DNA of 64,000 nt from the human T2T-CHM13v2.0 reference genome, Homo sapiens, in the NCBI RefSeq assembly GCF_009914755.1, contig NC_060939.1; one strand, 5' to 3'. Each line of letters starts with the position of its first letter. Position 1 is the stretch's first letter. Of this stretch, positions 43,183 through 57,123 are shown in pieces. The notes below the pieces were generated by a model, which saw only the letters and a list, made by a program, of their open reading frames with translations, ran no database searches and was not told where the DNA came from. The position numbers were made by a program, and so were the translations under genes.

Positions 43183-43800
43183 ACCCACATCTGCCAGCTT
43201 GGGCACGGAGCCTGTTTCAAGAGCCCCCAGGCTCAGCCATGGAGCCTGGGGGACTTTGGGACCGTGGGGGCTGGCCCTGGTACCTGCGTCCAGCTGGGAT
43301 GCTCTGCACCTGCAGCCAGGAGTCATCCACGGGCCCCCGTGGGCGTGCTGACAGTGGTCGTGTTGATGTTCACCGATGTTGCTGGGTGCCTCCGTCAGCA
43401 CGTGGCGCTTGCGCAGCATCTCGCCGCCCCACTGTGCCTTCTCTGCCAACTCCTCCATCAGCGTGTTCTGGTCCCCATGCGAGTACAGGTTGGACAGCAG
43501 CTCTGAGAAGATGAATTCCTTGGTCTGAGAGTGGGCAAAGAGGGAAGGAGGTTGGGACCTGATACCTGTGCCACCCTGGCCACCCCGCTGGGCCCTGCTA
43601 GGACTGTGTGCTGGACTTGGAGCCCCAAGTATGGCTTTTCAGATGCGGCTTCTACACTGCTTCAACTTGAAGATCTGCGTCCCCACTGCCTTTTCTCACT
43701 CAGATGGGGACACTGAAGTCCCGAGGAAAAGCCACCTGTCCAAGGTCACAGATCTGGAAGGGGACCCAGGACCTGTCATGCCACCAGGACACCTGTCTAC
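43183..43800 (-). pseudogene. DNM1 pseudogene fragment B (GED-domain exon 43284-43524)
   Basis: AG/GT-bounded 241-bp exon reading [31 protein letters not shown]...[24 protein letters not shown] with frameshift. Confidence 0.9.
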
Positions 43801-43804
43801 TCAG

Positions 43805-44053
43805 TTTAAAAAAAATCTTTTTGGAGGTAGGATGTCGTTCTGTCACCAGGCTGGGGTACCGTGGATGAGATCACCACTCACTGCAGCCTCAACCTCCTGG
43901 GCTCAAAGTGATGCTCCAACATCAGCCTGTTGAGTAGCTAGGACTACAGGCACGTGCCACCACCAAGCCCAGCTATTTTTTAAATTTTTGTGTAGAGACC
44001 AGGTCTCACTATGTTGCCCAGGTTTGTCTCAAACTCCCGGGCTCAAGTGATCC
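43805..44053 (-). mobile_element. AluJ, truncated
   Basis: Alu ends abruptly at gctcaagtgatcct. Confidence 0.8.
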
Positions 44054-44654
44054 TTGACTTGGAAGAGCCCTGTGTTTCTGGCCTGGGCAGCCAAGTATTC
44101 AGGAACCCTCCCTGGCCACACGGTCATTGCCTGTTCTGGGCCACCCTCATCCGTATATCCCCTGGACCGCAGCTGTTGGCTGCTCTGACCCTGAGAGCCG
44201 ATTTGGACAATGGGAGCTGAGGTGCTGGCTGAGGCCATGCCAGGCTTCCTGGAGGTCATCGCTATTTTTAGAGTCTTTTACTGGGGAGTGTGTTTGTAAT
44301 AGTTTCAGGCTTACTAATAGCACCAACAAGAGTGCCCTGATTTCTGCCAAATGAGGAGGGATATGGGAATCATATTTGCGGGGGAAATTTGATTCTGAGT
44401 CCTGGGGTGAGCCTGGGGGGTTTCTGTTCATCTCGTGTTGGGTCAGGATTGCCGAGAGTGACAGGGAGTGAGCTCGCCCATGCCAACAGCTAGGGCAGTG
44501 TTGGGAGCGCCGCTGCCCTCAGTTCTGTACTGGGTCCCAGGCGCTGCCAGGAGGAGCCGAGGCGAGTGGGCGTGGCTCTGGCGAGTGCCCGCCCCTTCCC
44601 TGGCACCGCAGGCCGACCTGGCCCCTCCCACACTGCTGGGCCTTGCATGGTCCT

Positions 44655-44672
44655 GCAGCGCCCCCTTGTGAG
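44655..44672 (-). promoter_or_regulatory. Candidate CTCF motif in a CpG-rich patch (about 44450-44820)
   Basis: Reverse complement contains TCACAAGGGGGCGCTG; motif only. Confidence 0.4.
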
Positions 44673-46537
44673 CGGCTCGCGGTACGGTCTCCCCTGCAGC
44701 TTGCTTTAGAAAGCGGGGTCGCCACACCAACAGGTGCTTTAAAGAGTGCCAAGGCGGCGGCAGGCTCCCCGCTGTTATCAAGACTGCAGGGGCCCATAAC
44801 CCGCCTCTGGGCTGGAGCCTCAGTGTTTTAATGAGCTTCCCAGACTAGTGGTTGCAAGGAGGCCAGTCCTGCAGCACAGCGATCGGCCTTCAGAAACACA
44901 GGGAGGGAGTTGTGTGGTCAGCTGCATTCAGGAGATGGGAGTTACATAGGATTGAACCACGTTCTGCAGCAGGACTTCTAGGAGCCTTTTAAGGCGCTGA
45001 GCATCGTCTCCCAAATTTAGCTGACCATGGGGCACCTTCTCATCTCCCAGAGGAACCTTCCAGGCCTGAGGCAGAGGTGGGGTCTGGCTTCCCGGGTGCC
45101 AGCCTGGGCCGAGGGGTCTCTGTCAGCTCCTGACTGAGGAGCAAATGAAGAATTATACTTCGGGCTCGTGTTCTGCAGCACAGGAGTGTTGGGCGCCGTA
45201 GGTTTGGGGTTTGTGGGGGCTGTGGGCTGACAGCTGTTGGGGAGAAAGGACTGGTGGTGGGGACCCTGTGCCCCGTTCACACGGAGCCTCCTCCCACCTG
45301 CTGGGGCTGGCAGCCCGGTCTGCAGAGCCAGGCAGGAGGCGGAACCTGAGAAATCCACACGCGGGGACCCCTGTGCTTGGGCGTTCTCTGTTCTCTGGTG
45401 CTCCCATGTTCCGGAACACACACTGGTGAATTCGGAATTTAAATAAAGCTGGCCTTTCTGACCTTAAGCCTCTGGATGAGAGTTAAGCATGTCCAGGTAG
45501 TAGTGGGTGTTTTGAAACATAAAAGGTTGCACCCTCGTGTGTGCCTGTGTTAAAAGGAGCCCACGCAGCCGACAGCAGCAGGAGCAAATGGCCTGCTCTG
45601 ATGGGGACAGGCAGGAAGTCCTTCGGGGCATTTCTGTTTCATCACAGCTTTTCCTGGGGCTGGTGAGTCTGTTGGGCCTTTGGTTGACAGGGAAGCGCAT
45701 GAGCCCATGTTGGTGGATACAAAGCATCTGGGGCCTGGCAGAATCCAGAGAGGGGAAGATGGTGGCCCCAGTGTTGGAGGAACTGGCCTATTTTGTGATC
45801 CCCAGAGACCAGTGTGACTGACCCATTAGTGCTACAAATCCATAGCCAGGCCTCAGGACAGCTTTTGGTTTTGTTTTTATTAAGCCACTGACCAGTGGTT
45901 AGGAGCAAGTGGATCATAACCTTAACATTTTATTGAAAATTGGAGCCTTGACCTGGGGATGTGAAACCCACGAGCTGCACATTTCTCTGTAGACTGCATC
46001 TGGACACTTGTCACATTGCCGACTAGGTCTGACAGTCATCACCAGGACTGCCTGGGCCTGTGTTCATTCCCAGTCAATGAATCCTGGGACACAGACATCC
46101 TGGACTCGTGCCTGGTGCCAGGCCTCGTGCCTGCCCAAGGATGCAGACATACCCACCATCACCATGCAAGTGCCAGGAGCTCTTCTCAGCGCTTATGTGT
46201 GGGAACACGAGTAATCCCACACCCTAGGAGGTGGCACTACTGTTACCCCAGTGTGCAGATGAGGAATCAGAGGCCACAAAAGGCAGTGACTTCAGTCACA
46301 CAGCAAGCATGTGGCAGAGCTGGAGTGCAGGCCATCATTCTGAACCTGCCTCTTGCTGGGCCTTTGTTCCTTGTCACCTCTCTGCAGAAGGTGGGCCTCG
46401 TCCCCTGCATCAGGCCCCCAGCCTGGCCAGTGCTCTTCCCACCCTGCCCCAGGCCACCTGCTGTGCCTGTGAGGGCTGTGTGTGAGCACTCTCTGGAGCG
46501 CCGCTGATTCTCTTGTCTCTCCCCTGCGTCCTGCCAG

Positions 46538-49500
46538 GAAGCTGATCAGTATCTCCTTTGGGGACCTGAACCCTTTCCCCGTACGCCAGATCCGGAACCG
46601 ACGCGCCTACCACTTGGAGAAAGTCCGGCTGGAGCTGACCGAGCTGGAGGCCATCCGTGAGGACTTCCTGCATGAGCGGGACACCAGCCCTGACAAGGGT
46701 GAGCTGGTCAGTGACGAGGAGGAGGATACCTGAGTGGGCTCCGGGACGCTGCTCTTCCTGCCTTCACAACCAAAGTGTGCCCAAAGGGTGAAAGTGCACT
46801 TAAAAGCCAGAATGTAACGTGTGTGGCCTCTGGGGATCTGCTGGGCAGATGTCCCAAGCCAGGCTGCCCTTCCTCATTTCCCACTGTGCGGGGGGCAGGG
46901 GTGGGAGGTCTAATCTGTTTACAGCCATTTCCGTGCCATGCTTTTGGTTATACATATCTCAGTCACGCTTTCTGCCTGATTGGTGGATCCTCGGGCTTAC
47001 CAGTGGCTATTTGCAAGAGCCTGTTTCCAGCCTCCGTCAGCCTGTCGGTGCTCTGACCCTCTGAAACCTTGCTTTGCTGGGCATCTCCCCATGTTCTCTC
47101 TCCTGTACATAGTGGGCAGTGGTGTGTGGTTTTGAATGGCAGTGCTATGAAGGATGCCCACTATGCTTCAGGCACCTGTAGGCCAGAGGGTTGCTGCCTC
47201 AGGCATAAGGTCGGTATGAAAAGGGGCTGCCTTAGAAAAGCAGGCACATCCTTTGTTCAGAAATGGCCACTGTAGAAAGCCCGTGAACCTCCCACTGGTG
47301 GCTTTAAGCTGCCAGCCATGCCCCATTTCTAGAATAGCCTGTGCTCTTCCACACACAACTCTTCCAACAGTGGCTCCCAGCCTGCATGGGGAGGGCCTGG
47401 CTGCCCAGACACCCACCCTCACTTCTCATGGCCAGCCTGTGTTTGCAGATCACTGGGCTGCTCTGTCCCCAGCTTGCCCCATGCCTGACATGGCTCCATG
47501 AGATTCTGTGGAATGCCCTTCTTGACTCGTGGAAATCATTCACCAAGTACGATGGGATGGGATTCCAAGTAAACAGTGGACCGTCATATTGCAAAGCAGG
47601 CCCACGCCTGGGCTGGCCTTGGTTGAGGGGATGGAGGAATGTTTTCGGGGGTGCTTTGCAGGGCAGTGGTGCAGCCGCAGTGTGAACGGTCTTGGACAGC
47701 TGAAAACCATGGCCTCCTTGGGGATGGCCAGTGCTCCTGGTGTCTCCTCCACCTGCCTGGGTTGTGCAGGAGGCCGGCTGCCAGTGCCTGGGGCTGGGAA
47801 ACTTTTTTGCTTGGGGCAGGCTTGGGCGAGCTCTCCCAGATGTGTGCCCACCCCACCACTGCCTGGAAGCATCCTTGTTCTCTGCCAGGATGCAGGGTCA
47901 CTGTTGCCTCTGACACAGCAGTTTCTGGGAACTCAGAGGACTGCCTTTCTGAAGGCTGGGGAGAGGCTTTGAGCAAGGAGCTTGTTTTTGCTTAATCCCT
48001 CTAGACCATCCCTGATGCGTAGATGTGAGAGGATGTTTTCTGGCACAGTGTTATGAAAATACAGGAGAAACGGTCTCAGTGGAATGTTTCATATTACCCG
48101 AAAAAAACTGGAAACCATCCTCTGTTGATACGAACACACTGAGACTAAGAATTGAAGTAATGCAGTTTTAAGAAGTACTTTTTTCCTATTATTTTTTGCT
48201 GTCAACTTTCTAGCAATGCCACGGCAAAGTTGGTGTTTCAGCACATGCTAGAGTGAGCTCCGGCTTCGTGTCTTTAGCGGAGTTGGTTAATGTTTCACTG
48301 GGTAGACGGAGCTGGCCTCTATATTTAGCCAGAAGCCTTTGCCTCTTTTCAGGCATCAAAAATGGGTGTTGTCATTGTCTTTGAGAACAGCAATTTGAGG
48401 TCTGACTCCTTCAGTTGTCCTGTGAGCTGGGCGTTGCAGTCCGCTCGAATCAAGTGTTGGAAACCCCCCACCCCACCCCTCAGCCCATCGTGAAACGACA
48501 GCTGTCAGCCTGGGGGGTGGCTGCTGAGGAGGTGCAGCAGGAATGGGGCTGGGCCCGTGGGCCAGCACCAGCTGCCCTTAGGTTTTACTTTCCAAGCCAA
48601 TGGCCCCTGGAACATGCCAGCACACACTGCCATGTCCTGGGGCTAAGAGCTGCCTTTAGGGACAGGCTCGTGTTGTCCAGTTTGCCCTGAGAGATGCACC
48701 TGACCAGGGGCCCGACGTGGCTGCAACCCACGGTGGTATGTTAGTGTTTCCAGGCAGTTGTCAGCAGCTGCCGGGCAGTGTGTGTGTGCGACAGCAGGAG
48801 AGTTCCTGGAGGAAAGGGACTGGGGACACTTTCTCAGAGGTTCTCCTGCCTGGAATCAAGTGATGCGTGTCCAGAAGGCAAGAGAGGGCGGCTCCGCCTG
48901 GTTAAAGTTTGGGAACGGGACGGAGCCAACTCCTCCTTCCAGGACTGTGGGCCCCACTCTTTTGCGCTAACACTTCCCCTCCCTCGGGTCACTGAGGAAA
49001 GAGCTGCTCTGTCCCCTCCAGTGCCCTGAAGGTCCCTGGCCTCCACTGGCTGCCATGGCAGGGGGCCCTTCTGACAGGGGCTGCCCCAAGCTGCTGTTCC
49101 TCCTCTGAACCTTCACCCCAACACCCAGCCCGTGGCCCCTGCAAGGGGGACCCTGCCAGCTGGGAAACCCAAAGGCCTGTCCAAATGCGCGCACCAGGAC
49201 CGAGGGGAGCTCCCTCCCCACATCTGCTGCGAATTGCCAGCTTTTAAATGGATGGGGTTTTTTATGGGTTGAACCTCTGTTAATACTTTTGTACACTCTC
49301 ACTACAGTTTATATTTTTATAGGCTATTTTCTCAAGGTGTTTCTAGATTCCACATATCTATTTTATATAACAAGTTCTTATGTTATGTGTGTGACTCCCT
49401 TGTGTGTATCTGTGCCAGCCTCAGCCTCCGAGTTGCTTTTCCCTCTGGCCCTGACTCTCACTGACTCACCGATGTGATGTGCAGGCCCACTTCTTACCCC

Positions 49501-49945
49501 AGATAGCCTCGGGTGCTGCCTGTAGTCATGCTGACAGCTGTACAGTAGCCGCCAAGACTGCTGACGGCTGGAGACGGTTCTGGTTTCAACAACTACGGTA
49601 TATTGATATCGGAAGTATTCTAGACAGATCCTCAGTTGGGTTTTCTAGCTACATGTTTGTATTGCACAGATCCCCACCTGCCATCCTATAGTGTTGTCTT
49701 CCTGTGTGTTCCGGGGCTTCTGGGCAGCTGGGCCTGCCCGGGGAAGTCCTTGCAGGTGGGAGGCCATACAGAGACCCAGTGTGTGCCACTGAGCGTCCCA
49801 CCGCTGCTGGGCAACTGGAGGACTGCAGGGGGCGCCAGGTGACTCTCTCCTTTTATATCACAGCAGCTCCTGTGCTGACCTTCAAGTTATGTTTTGGAAC
49901 TGTAATACTAAAGGAAGAAATAAACTACTAATTTGTATAATATTC
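46538..49945 (+). pseudogene. TBC1D2B duplicated terminal exon and 3'UTR (partial pseudogene)
   Basis: Acceptor ctgccag|G at 46538; RKLISISFGDLNPFPVRQIRNRRAYHLEKVRLELTELEAIREDFLHERDTSPDKGELVSDEEEDT* (stop ends 46733) matches the TBC1D2B C-terminus; AATAAA 49919-49924; no upstream TBC exons recognised. Confidence 0.87.
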
Positions 49946-51183
49946 TGCATTGAAATTCAGTTATAGTCACTAGTGATGGGGCTCACCCCAAGGGCTTGGA
50001 GGGTGGGGCAGGGCTTATTGGTGTTGCGGGGGGCGAGGAGGGGCTCTCCAACCTTCCAGCCTGGCGTTTCTGGGTGTCTCTGCCCTTGGCTCACCCTGGG
50101 GCGGGTGCATCAGGATGCCTTTGCCAGCAGGGGCAGCCTTGGGAGGCCCCAAGAACCATGGCCAAGCTGCAGGTGTGGGCTGGGGGCACCGAGGTGGGAA
50201 AGCCGGAAGCTGGAGACTCCCTGTGTCCGGATAACCCCCCGCCCAGCCACAAAGAACAGGCATGCCTCCTTCCGCCAGCTGTGCCATGCCCTGCCTGAGT
50301 CACAGGCTTGTTTGTCTCCCGTCTTGGCTGACAGCTCAGGCCCAGCTGCCACTGGGGACACCCCCAGTCATCAGTGGAAAACACCCAAGAATGATGAAGA
50401 CCAAAGGGGTTCCCATAGGGGTGTTTCGGGGTGGCTCCATCAAGGATTCCCAGACAGGGCAGGCCAAGGCCTGGCAGGCTTTTCTCTTCTGGGGACGTGG
50501 ATTCAGCGAGGCTGGGGGTTCCTGGAGTCACGCAGCAGAGCGGCGGCGGCAGAGCTGGGACAGGGACTGGTTCGGTGTGTGGGTCAGGAGCAAGTCGACA
50601 GGCCCTGCTCCCCACCCCTTGGAAGGGAGTGCCACCAGGGGCCGTTCTGACTAAGGCCTGGGAAGCCGTGACTCAGAGCGTGGGTCCCCAGGGTCTCTTT
50701 GGGCCAGCCGGGCTGCTGCAGACAGACAGGAAGCACGCCTGACGCTCCTCCACCCTCGGGCAGCACAGCGGGGCTGGGACTCACGCTAGCTTGCCCAGCA
50801 ACTTGCTTTCCTGCGTGAACTCTGGCAGGCTGCCCTCTCTGTGCAAAGACACCACTGGGACCTGCTTGGGGCCCTCTCCCTCTTCCACCTGCTCAGGGTA
50901 GCCTGGAGCTTGGAGGTGGGCAGTCGGAGCCTAGGATGGGCCTGTGTCACCAGGGCATGTGCCCTTGGGCCAGGTACTTCCTCTCAGAGCCTTGAGTTCC
51001 TCCTCTGAGGATCGGGCTTGTTGGTGTGAAATGAGGTGAGCATGTTGAATTGGGGAGCAGCAGGACACGCACCTGCAGGCAGCTGCCGTGGCCATGCTCC
51101 CTCCCTCCCTTCCAAGTCCTGGGACAGACGCTCATCGCCGAGGGGTTCAGCCTCTGATACTGTTTCTTGGTCTCAGCCCCTAA

Positions 51184-51627
<444 letters not shown>

Positions 51628-52629
51628 TGAGAGGTGACCCCTGTAGGCTGCAGGGCGAGCTCTCTGAACCTTAGTGTCCCCCACCTGGAGAAGGGGCGTA
51701 ACACCTTCCAGGGGGAGGGCTGAGGAAGAAATTGTCAACGGCTGAGTCTAAGGCTCACAGCCAGAGGCCAGGGTTGGATCCAGGGCTGGGCCTGGGCCTG
51801 GGGGGACAGTGTCCGCCCCTTCCCCAGCCTCCCGCCCCTGGTCAGGCCAGGACCCTCTTCAAAGCACCTTCATGCCCATCTGTTCCCTGCTGTGGGCACT
51901 ACTGTCTGGCTCCATGGGACTAGATTTTATGGGAGGGGAAGGGGCTGTGGGTAGGCAGGTGCCAGGTGCTGGACCATAGATCAGCGTGGTAGGAACCTGT
52001 AGCTGGGGCTGGTGGTGGGAAAGGGGCCAACCTGAGGCAGTGACAATTAGCCCAGCCCTATCTCTGGGCACAGAGATGAAGGGACACGTGGGGACACAGT
52101 AGGGCACAGCTGGCCAGCCTGCTCTTCCCCTCTCTGCCTGCTTTTTGCAGAAGAGTCAACAGATAGAACAGACAGGGCCAGGGAGGTCCCCATGGGGGCC
52201 CCAGTCCCCACCACTCCAGGGGGCAGTCCCTGCAAGTGACATGGTGGGCTCAATCCCTGTGGAACAGGTCTCTGAGGACCACAGAGTGGGGCCCCAGGGA
52301 AGGCTGGGAGCCTGAGCTGAAGGCAGGCAGCAAGTAAGGGCCAAGCCGTGCCCCTGCCCGGAAGACCTTCCTGCCCCCAGAACCCCACCCTCTGCAGACA
52401 GCCCTCCCTGGGGAGCAGCCCCCCAGCTTCTGAGGCCTTCCGTGCCTCACCAGATGCCATGCTCTCAGGGACTCATTTTCTACGCTGCCCCCTGCAGATC
52501 TGTCCCAGAGGAGCAGGTGAAAAGCCACGCCTGCCGAGGTGCTGTGGCGGTGGAGTTTTGGGCAGAGGGGTGGGGGGAAGAGTTTCTCACTTTTAAGATT
52601 CTCCAAATCCAAGACGAAGTCACGCTGTG

Positions 52630-52845
52630 CTTTGGAATGGTAGATGCTCATTTATGTAAAATCATAATAAATGTTACACAAACTGTTAGAATAAAAAAAT
52701 ACCTTTTTTGAGGGGGAGGAGGTCCCCAGCCTGCTGCTGGGTAGTGAGAGGGGGTTAGCACCATTAGGGCGCAGGGGGCGGGAGCTCCGCCACAGCCCGT
52801 GGTGGGCACTGAGGTCTGTCGGTCGGTCTGTGCATCCTGGCACAG
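52630..52845 (-). terminator. ADAMTS7: ADAMTS7 3'UTR with probable variant poly(A) signal CATAAA (52651-52656)
   Basis: AT-rich island about 200 nt after the stop; no minus-strand AATAAA seen; cleavage site inferred. Confidence 0.6.
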
Positions 52846-53003
52846 TCAGCGGCGGGCAACCCGCTGATGGCCTCGGGAGGGGGCGCCGTGGCTGGGCGGA
52901 GAGCACGAGCGGCAGCACTGGGTGCGGATGGTGGGCAGCTGGCAGCGGCCCAGTAGGCGCAGCGTCTCGCAGAACCCGAAGGACAGGCGGTCCCGCTCAC
53001 AGC
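52846..53003 (-). CDS. ADAMTS7: ADAMTS7 last coding exon (PLAC domain, stop)
   Basis: CERDRLSFGFCETLRLLGRCQLPTIRTQCCRSC...VARR*; AG acceptor; 158 nt. Confidence 0.96.
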
Positions 53004-55151
53004 CTGGAGTGGGGGGGCAGAGAGGCATCAGAACCAGTAGCTTGGGGTACCCAGAACCTGGCTCCCTACGCCAACCACCTTAAGGAGGCTCCAGCAGCTC
53101 CCCACCAAGCAGAGAGCCCCAGTTTCTGGAGCGGCTCCCGAACCGGAGTTGCAGGTCTCCAACTGTTGCTGTCTCTGTCCCACCTACTCATGGCCAACCC
53201 CAGGACTCGAGAACGGGTGCTGCTGGGCTGAGGTTTCTGGAGGAAAGGTCCTGAGACCCCACCCTGACCCCCTCACATGCCTGTTAAAGAGCCTGCCCAG
53301 GGCGACGCCTTGCCACCCCATCTCCATCCTTGCTCATCCCTGGTGTTCCCGGACAGATCTTGGCACAGAACTGCGGTCCCGGGGCCTCCTGCCAACCTGC
53401 AGTGGCCTCTGCCCCCGACTCCCGCCACCGCCCCCTGCTCCAGTGCATCTGTCCTGCCAGGCCTCCGTGACCACCTCCAGCCACAGGGGCTGTACTCAGC
53501 CTCGGGTTCTGAGTCACAGGGTCCCATCTCCCAGGCCAGCCTCCCACTTCTCAGGTGGGCCACGAAGCCTAGAGTGAGTGGGCCTTACAGGCCGTCAGCG
53601 GAAACCAGAGACTGAGCCCAGCCTGCTGGGGAGGGAGGCCAGCTGCAGGCTGTGCTTGTCAGAGCTGAGGCTTGGCTGGGCCCTCCTGCCCCGTGGTTAT
53701 CAGAGCTATTTTGGGAAGTGGCTTGTTTCCAGCCTCCTGGCCTTGCTCCTGATGCCACTGCCACTGCTGACAGCCCCCAGCTGCCACCCGGGCCCTGCTT
53801 ACTCCAGCAGACCTCCCTGGGGAGGAGGAGCAGGAAGACAGCAGCCAGCCCTGGGCCTGGGACATCCCCCAGGCCCGGCAGAGGGCACGAGGCAGCAGGC
53901 AGGCTCCTCCACCCCAGCTCCAGGCAGAGCTCCAAAGTGCACATCTGCAGGCCTGCATCCTGGTCGCCCGGGGTGACCTCAGACAAGCTGCTTCACCTCT
54001 TGGGCCTCGGTTCCCTCCTCTGTCAACCCCACCTCCACAGCAAATGGATGTGGCCATGCTGTGTCACTGCAGTGAGCACACACACACGAGTTTCCCGGCT
54101 TTCCACATGTCCCGCCAACTGTCCCACAGACCAGCAGAACATCTGGGAATTCCAGGTCTCCAAGTCCAAGACACCTTCCCAGCCCCCCTCCACTGTTCAC
54201 TGATGGCAGAAAACTCCTCACTTAGGACAGCTTCTAGTTCAGCCACCTAACCAGCCCCCATAGCCCACTCCCTGCAGCCCACTCACACCAGCCCCTGGGA
54301 GACCTTGCAAGCCCAGAGCCTCCTGGGCCATCCGTCCTTGGTTCTAGGCCCCCAGGGGCCTCAGTTCCTGTTCTCTGCCCCATCTGGTCCTCCCCCACTG
54401 GGATCATAACCACCCCGCTCCCTGTGGCCAGCCCTAGCCATAAAGGTGAGAGACGTGGTGCCAGCACCCAGCTCAGGCAGCACATAGGAGTGCTCTGAGA
54501 TGCTGGCTGGGTGCGTGCTGAGGGCAGGCAGGACAGGGTGGGGGCGCTGCCACTGGGCCTTGAGGTTTGAGGCAGGAAGACCACCCATGCCAGAGGCAGG
54601 GCAGCGAGGCATGGCAGGGGCCACTCTGAGCCTGAATGAGGGCTGCCCAGGAGCTGGCACAGGTAGAGAAGGCAGCGTTGGACAAGGGGAGAAGGCAGAC
54701 CGGGGAGATTGCAGGGGGCCCTGAATGCCAGCTTGAGGGCCCTGGCTGAGGACTCTGTCCTAGGGGCAGGGAGCAGACAGCCAATAGCACAGGGGACACA
54801 GCTCTTCACGCCACGGCTTCTGGATTCCTTAGACTGGCAGGGTCAGCCCCAGGCCCTCTCCCTGACCTTGCAATTGGGGATGACAGTGGCTGTGGGAGAG
54901 GGGAAAAAGCCACCTTCCCTGAGCACCACCTGGATCCCCACGCAGTGCTGCGTGCTTCATGCCCAGACCTCATTTATGCAAGGATGGGGCTTGGCAGCCC
55001 CTTTATTCAGCACATGAAGGCCCTGAGAGGGAAATGGAGCCCAAGGCCACACAGCTGGTGAGGGGAGCCTAGGTGACACTCCAGGGCCACCCCGTTTCCT
55101 GCCCTCAGCACTTCCGGGAGCAGCTGGGGCTGCAGGAAGGAAGTGTATGAC

Positions 55152-55201
55152 TGTGTGTGTGTGTGTCGGCGTGTGTGTGTGTGTGCGCGCGCGCACACAC
55201 G
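55152..55201. repeat. (TG)n(CG)n(CA)n alternating purine-pyrimidine tract
   Basis: Direct reading. Confidence 0.9.
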
Positions 55202-55273
55202 CTGGAGGCGGTGGCAGGGGTGTCCAGAACCACCTCTACCTCAGGCCCTTCCACCAGGACCCAGCTGGCCAGG

Positions 55274-55377
55274 AAACCCCCCACCACTGGGATTAACAGG
55301 ACCCTGGAAGGGAGGCCCTTCCTGCCTCAAACCCCATTACCTCATTAGCAGGACCCTGGAAAGGAGGCCCTTCCTGT
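55274..55377. repeat. 2-copy, about 53-bp tandem duplication
   Basis: atta(a/g)caggaccctggaa(g/a)ggaggcccttcctg occurs twice. Confidence 0.8.
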
Positions 55378-55827
55378 GGTTCCATTGCTCACTCTAGGCA
55401 GTCCTCTAGCCAGGGAATGGACAGGCCAGGGCTGGGGACAGGGACTCACCCAGGCCCAGTTTTCACACAGCCTCAGGGACATCCCTGGTCTCACTGTGGG
55501 AAGACTGAGACCTAGAGGAGAAAGAGCTTACCCAGGTTCACACAGCAAATCAGGGGCCAGGGCCACTCCCTCTACTCCCCCAAGGTCAGACAGCTGCCTA
55601 TGGGATGTTGTGTGGCCGGGACTCCCCTTGACTGACTCCCAGCACAGCCCAGCCTCCAGCATGGCATCCTGTGGCATCAGGATTTTCAGTGGCCATGTGG
55701 CTCCTGAGCCCAGACTACAGATGGAACCAGCCAGTGCCGTGGGCACAATGGTTTGACGACCCCATTTCCCCATCACCCTCCCCACCCCACCTCACTTCAG
55801 CAGGGAGCCTGGGGTCAGGGGACTCAC

Positions 55828-55990
55828 GGGGAGGCTCGACGGGCTCACAATCCTCGGTGCCACACGGCCGGGAGCTCTCAGGCCAGGCCTCGTGGCCACA
55901 CTGGTCACTGTCTTCCTCGGGCAGCCCTGTCTGGGTGTTGACACACTTGACCAGGCGCCGCTGGACACCACCACCACAGGGGGCTGAGCA
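55828..55990 (-). CDS. ADAMTS7: ADAMTS7 exon (TSP1 repeat), 163 nt
   Basis: CSAPCGGGVQRRLVKCVNTQTGLPEEDSDQCGHEAWPESSRPCGTEDCEPVEPP; AG/GT sites. Confidence 0.95.
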
Positions 55991-57123
55991 CTGGGGGGAG
56001 CAGGGGAGGAATGACTGTCTCCAGGGCCAGCCCTAGCAGTGGGGGCAGGGACACCTCCTCTGGGAAGCCGTCCCTGCGCCCTGTGCCTGACTGGCCTGGC
56101 CTTGCTCCCAGCCGCCCCCTCAGTGCCTCCTGGAGCACCTGGTCCCATTCCTAGAGCCCACTTGGTGCTGGAACCCCACTCTCACTTGTGGGATCGGCTC
56201 CTGCAGAGGGAAGGGGCGTGAGAACCGTGGGACAGCCCTCGGGGCTGCAGGGCAGTGAGCCCCTCACACAGGACATGCCTGAGAAGCCTGGGCAGGGGCG
56301 CCGGGATGGAGCCCTGATGCAGCAGTGGGCAGAGATGTGGGCGAGACACCGCTGTGCCCGAGGGACAGGGCAGAGGACCTGCCGCAGCCCATGGGCAGGA
56401 GGGCAGGAGACAGTTTCACAGCCGGGGCCCAGCCCGCCAGGCTTCGTTGTTATCAGCCCTAAACATGCACTGAGTCTGTGCCAGTGTCATGCTGTGCCCG
56501 GCCCTGTGCTTCGTTGCGTTCCTTCATTTAATCCTCCTGACCCTCCTCTCCTAAGCTGTTCCAGTTTTACAGATGAGAAAACAGTGACCCAGCAACGCAA
56601 AGCAACCTGCCCAGAGTCACTCAGCAGCCAGTCGGACAAAGACGCAAACGCTGGCCCAGCTGACTCCAGGACCCAGCTCAGGGCCCAAATCTGAGATTTC
56701 TGAACCCCTCAGTTCCAAACAGGCCCAGCAGAAGGTGTCCTGCCCATCTGAGGCCCCTCTTACGCCCCCTTCTGCCGCTGGCCTTTGCCGGGCTCCCCGG
56801 CCCCCTCAAGCTCGTCATTCCTGCCTCAGACTTCACACCTGATGTCCCTTCGATCCCTGTCCTTGGCATCACTGACTCCTCCCTCGGGTCTCAACCCCAG
56901 ACCCCTCCTTGGAAGGCCTTCCCTGACACCACAGCACACGCGCCCTTTCCTTGTCTGTTTCTCCCTGGCAGGTGTGAGCACCAGCCGGGCGGGGCCTCGT
57001 CCAGTGACAGGGCCACAAAGAGCCTGGCTCACAGCACACACTCCACAGCTCCTTCACCCAACCCAAGACTGACCAGGCGCCACCAAGCACTTGCTCCCTG
57101 CTCCTCCCCGCAGCCCGGCTCAC

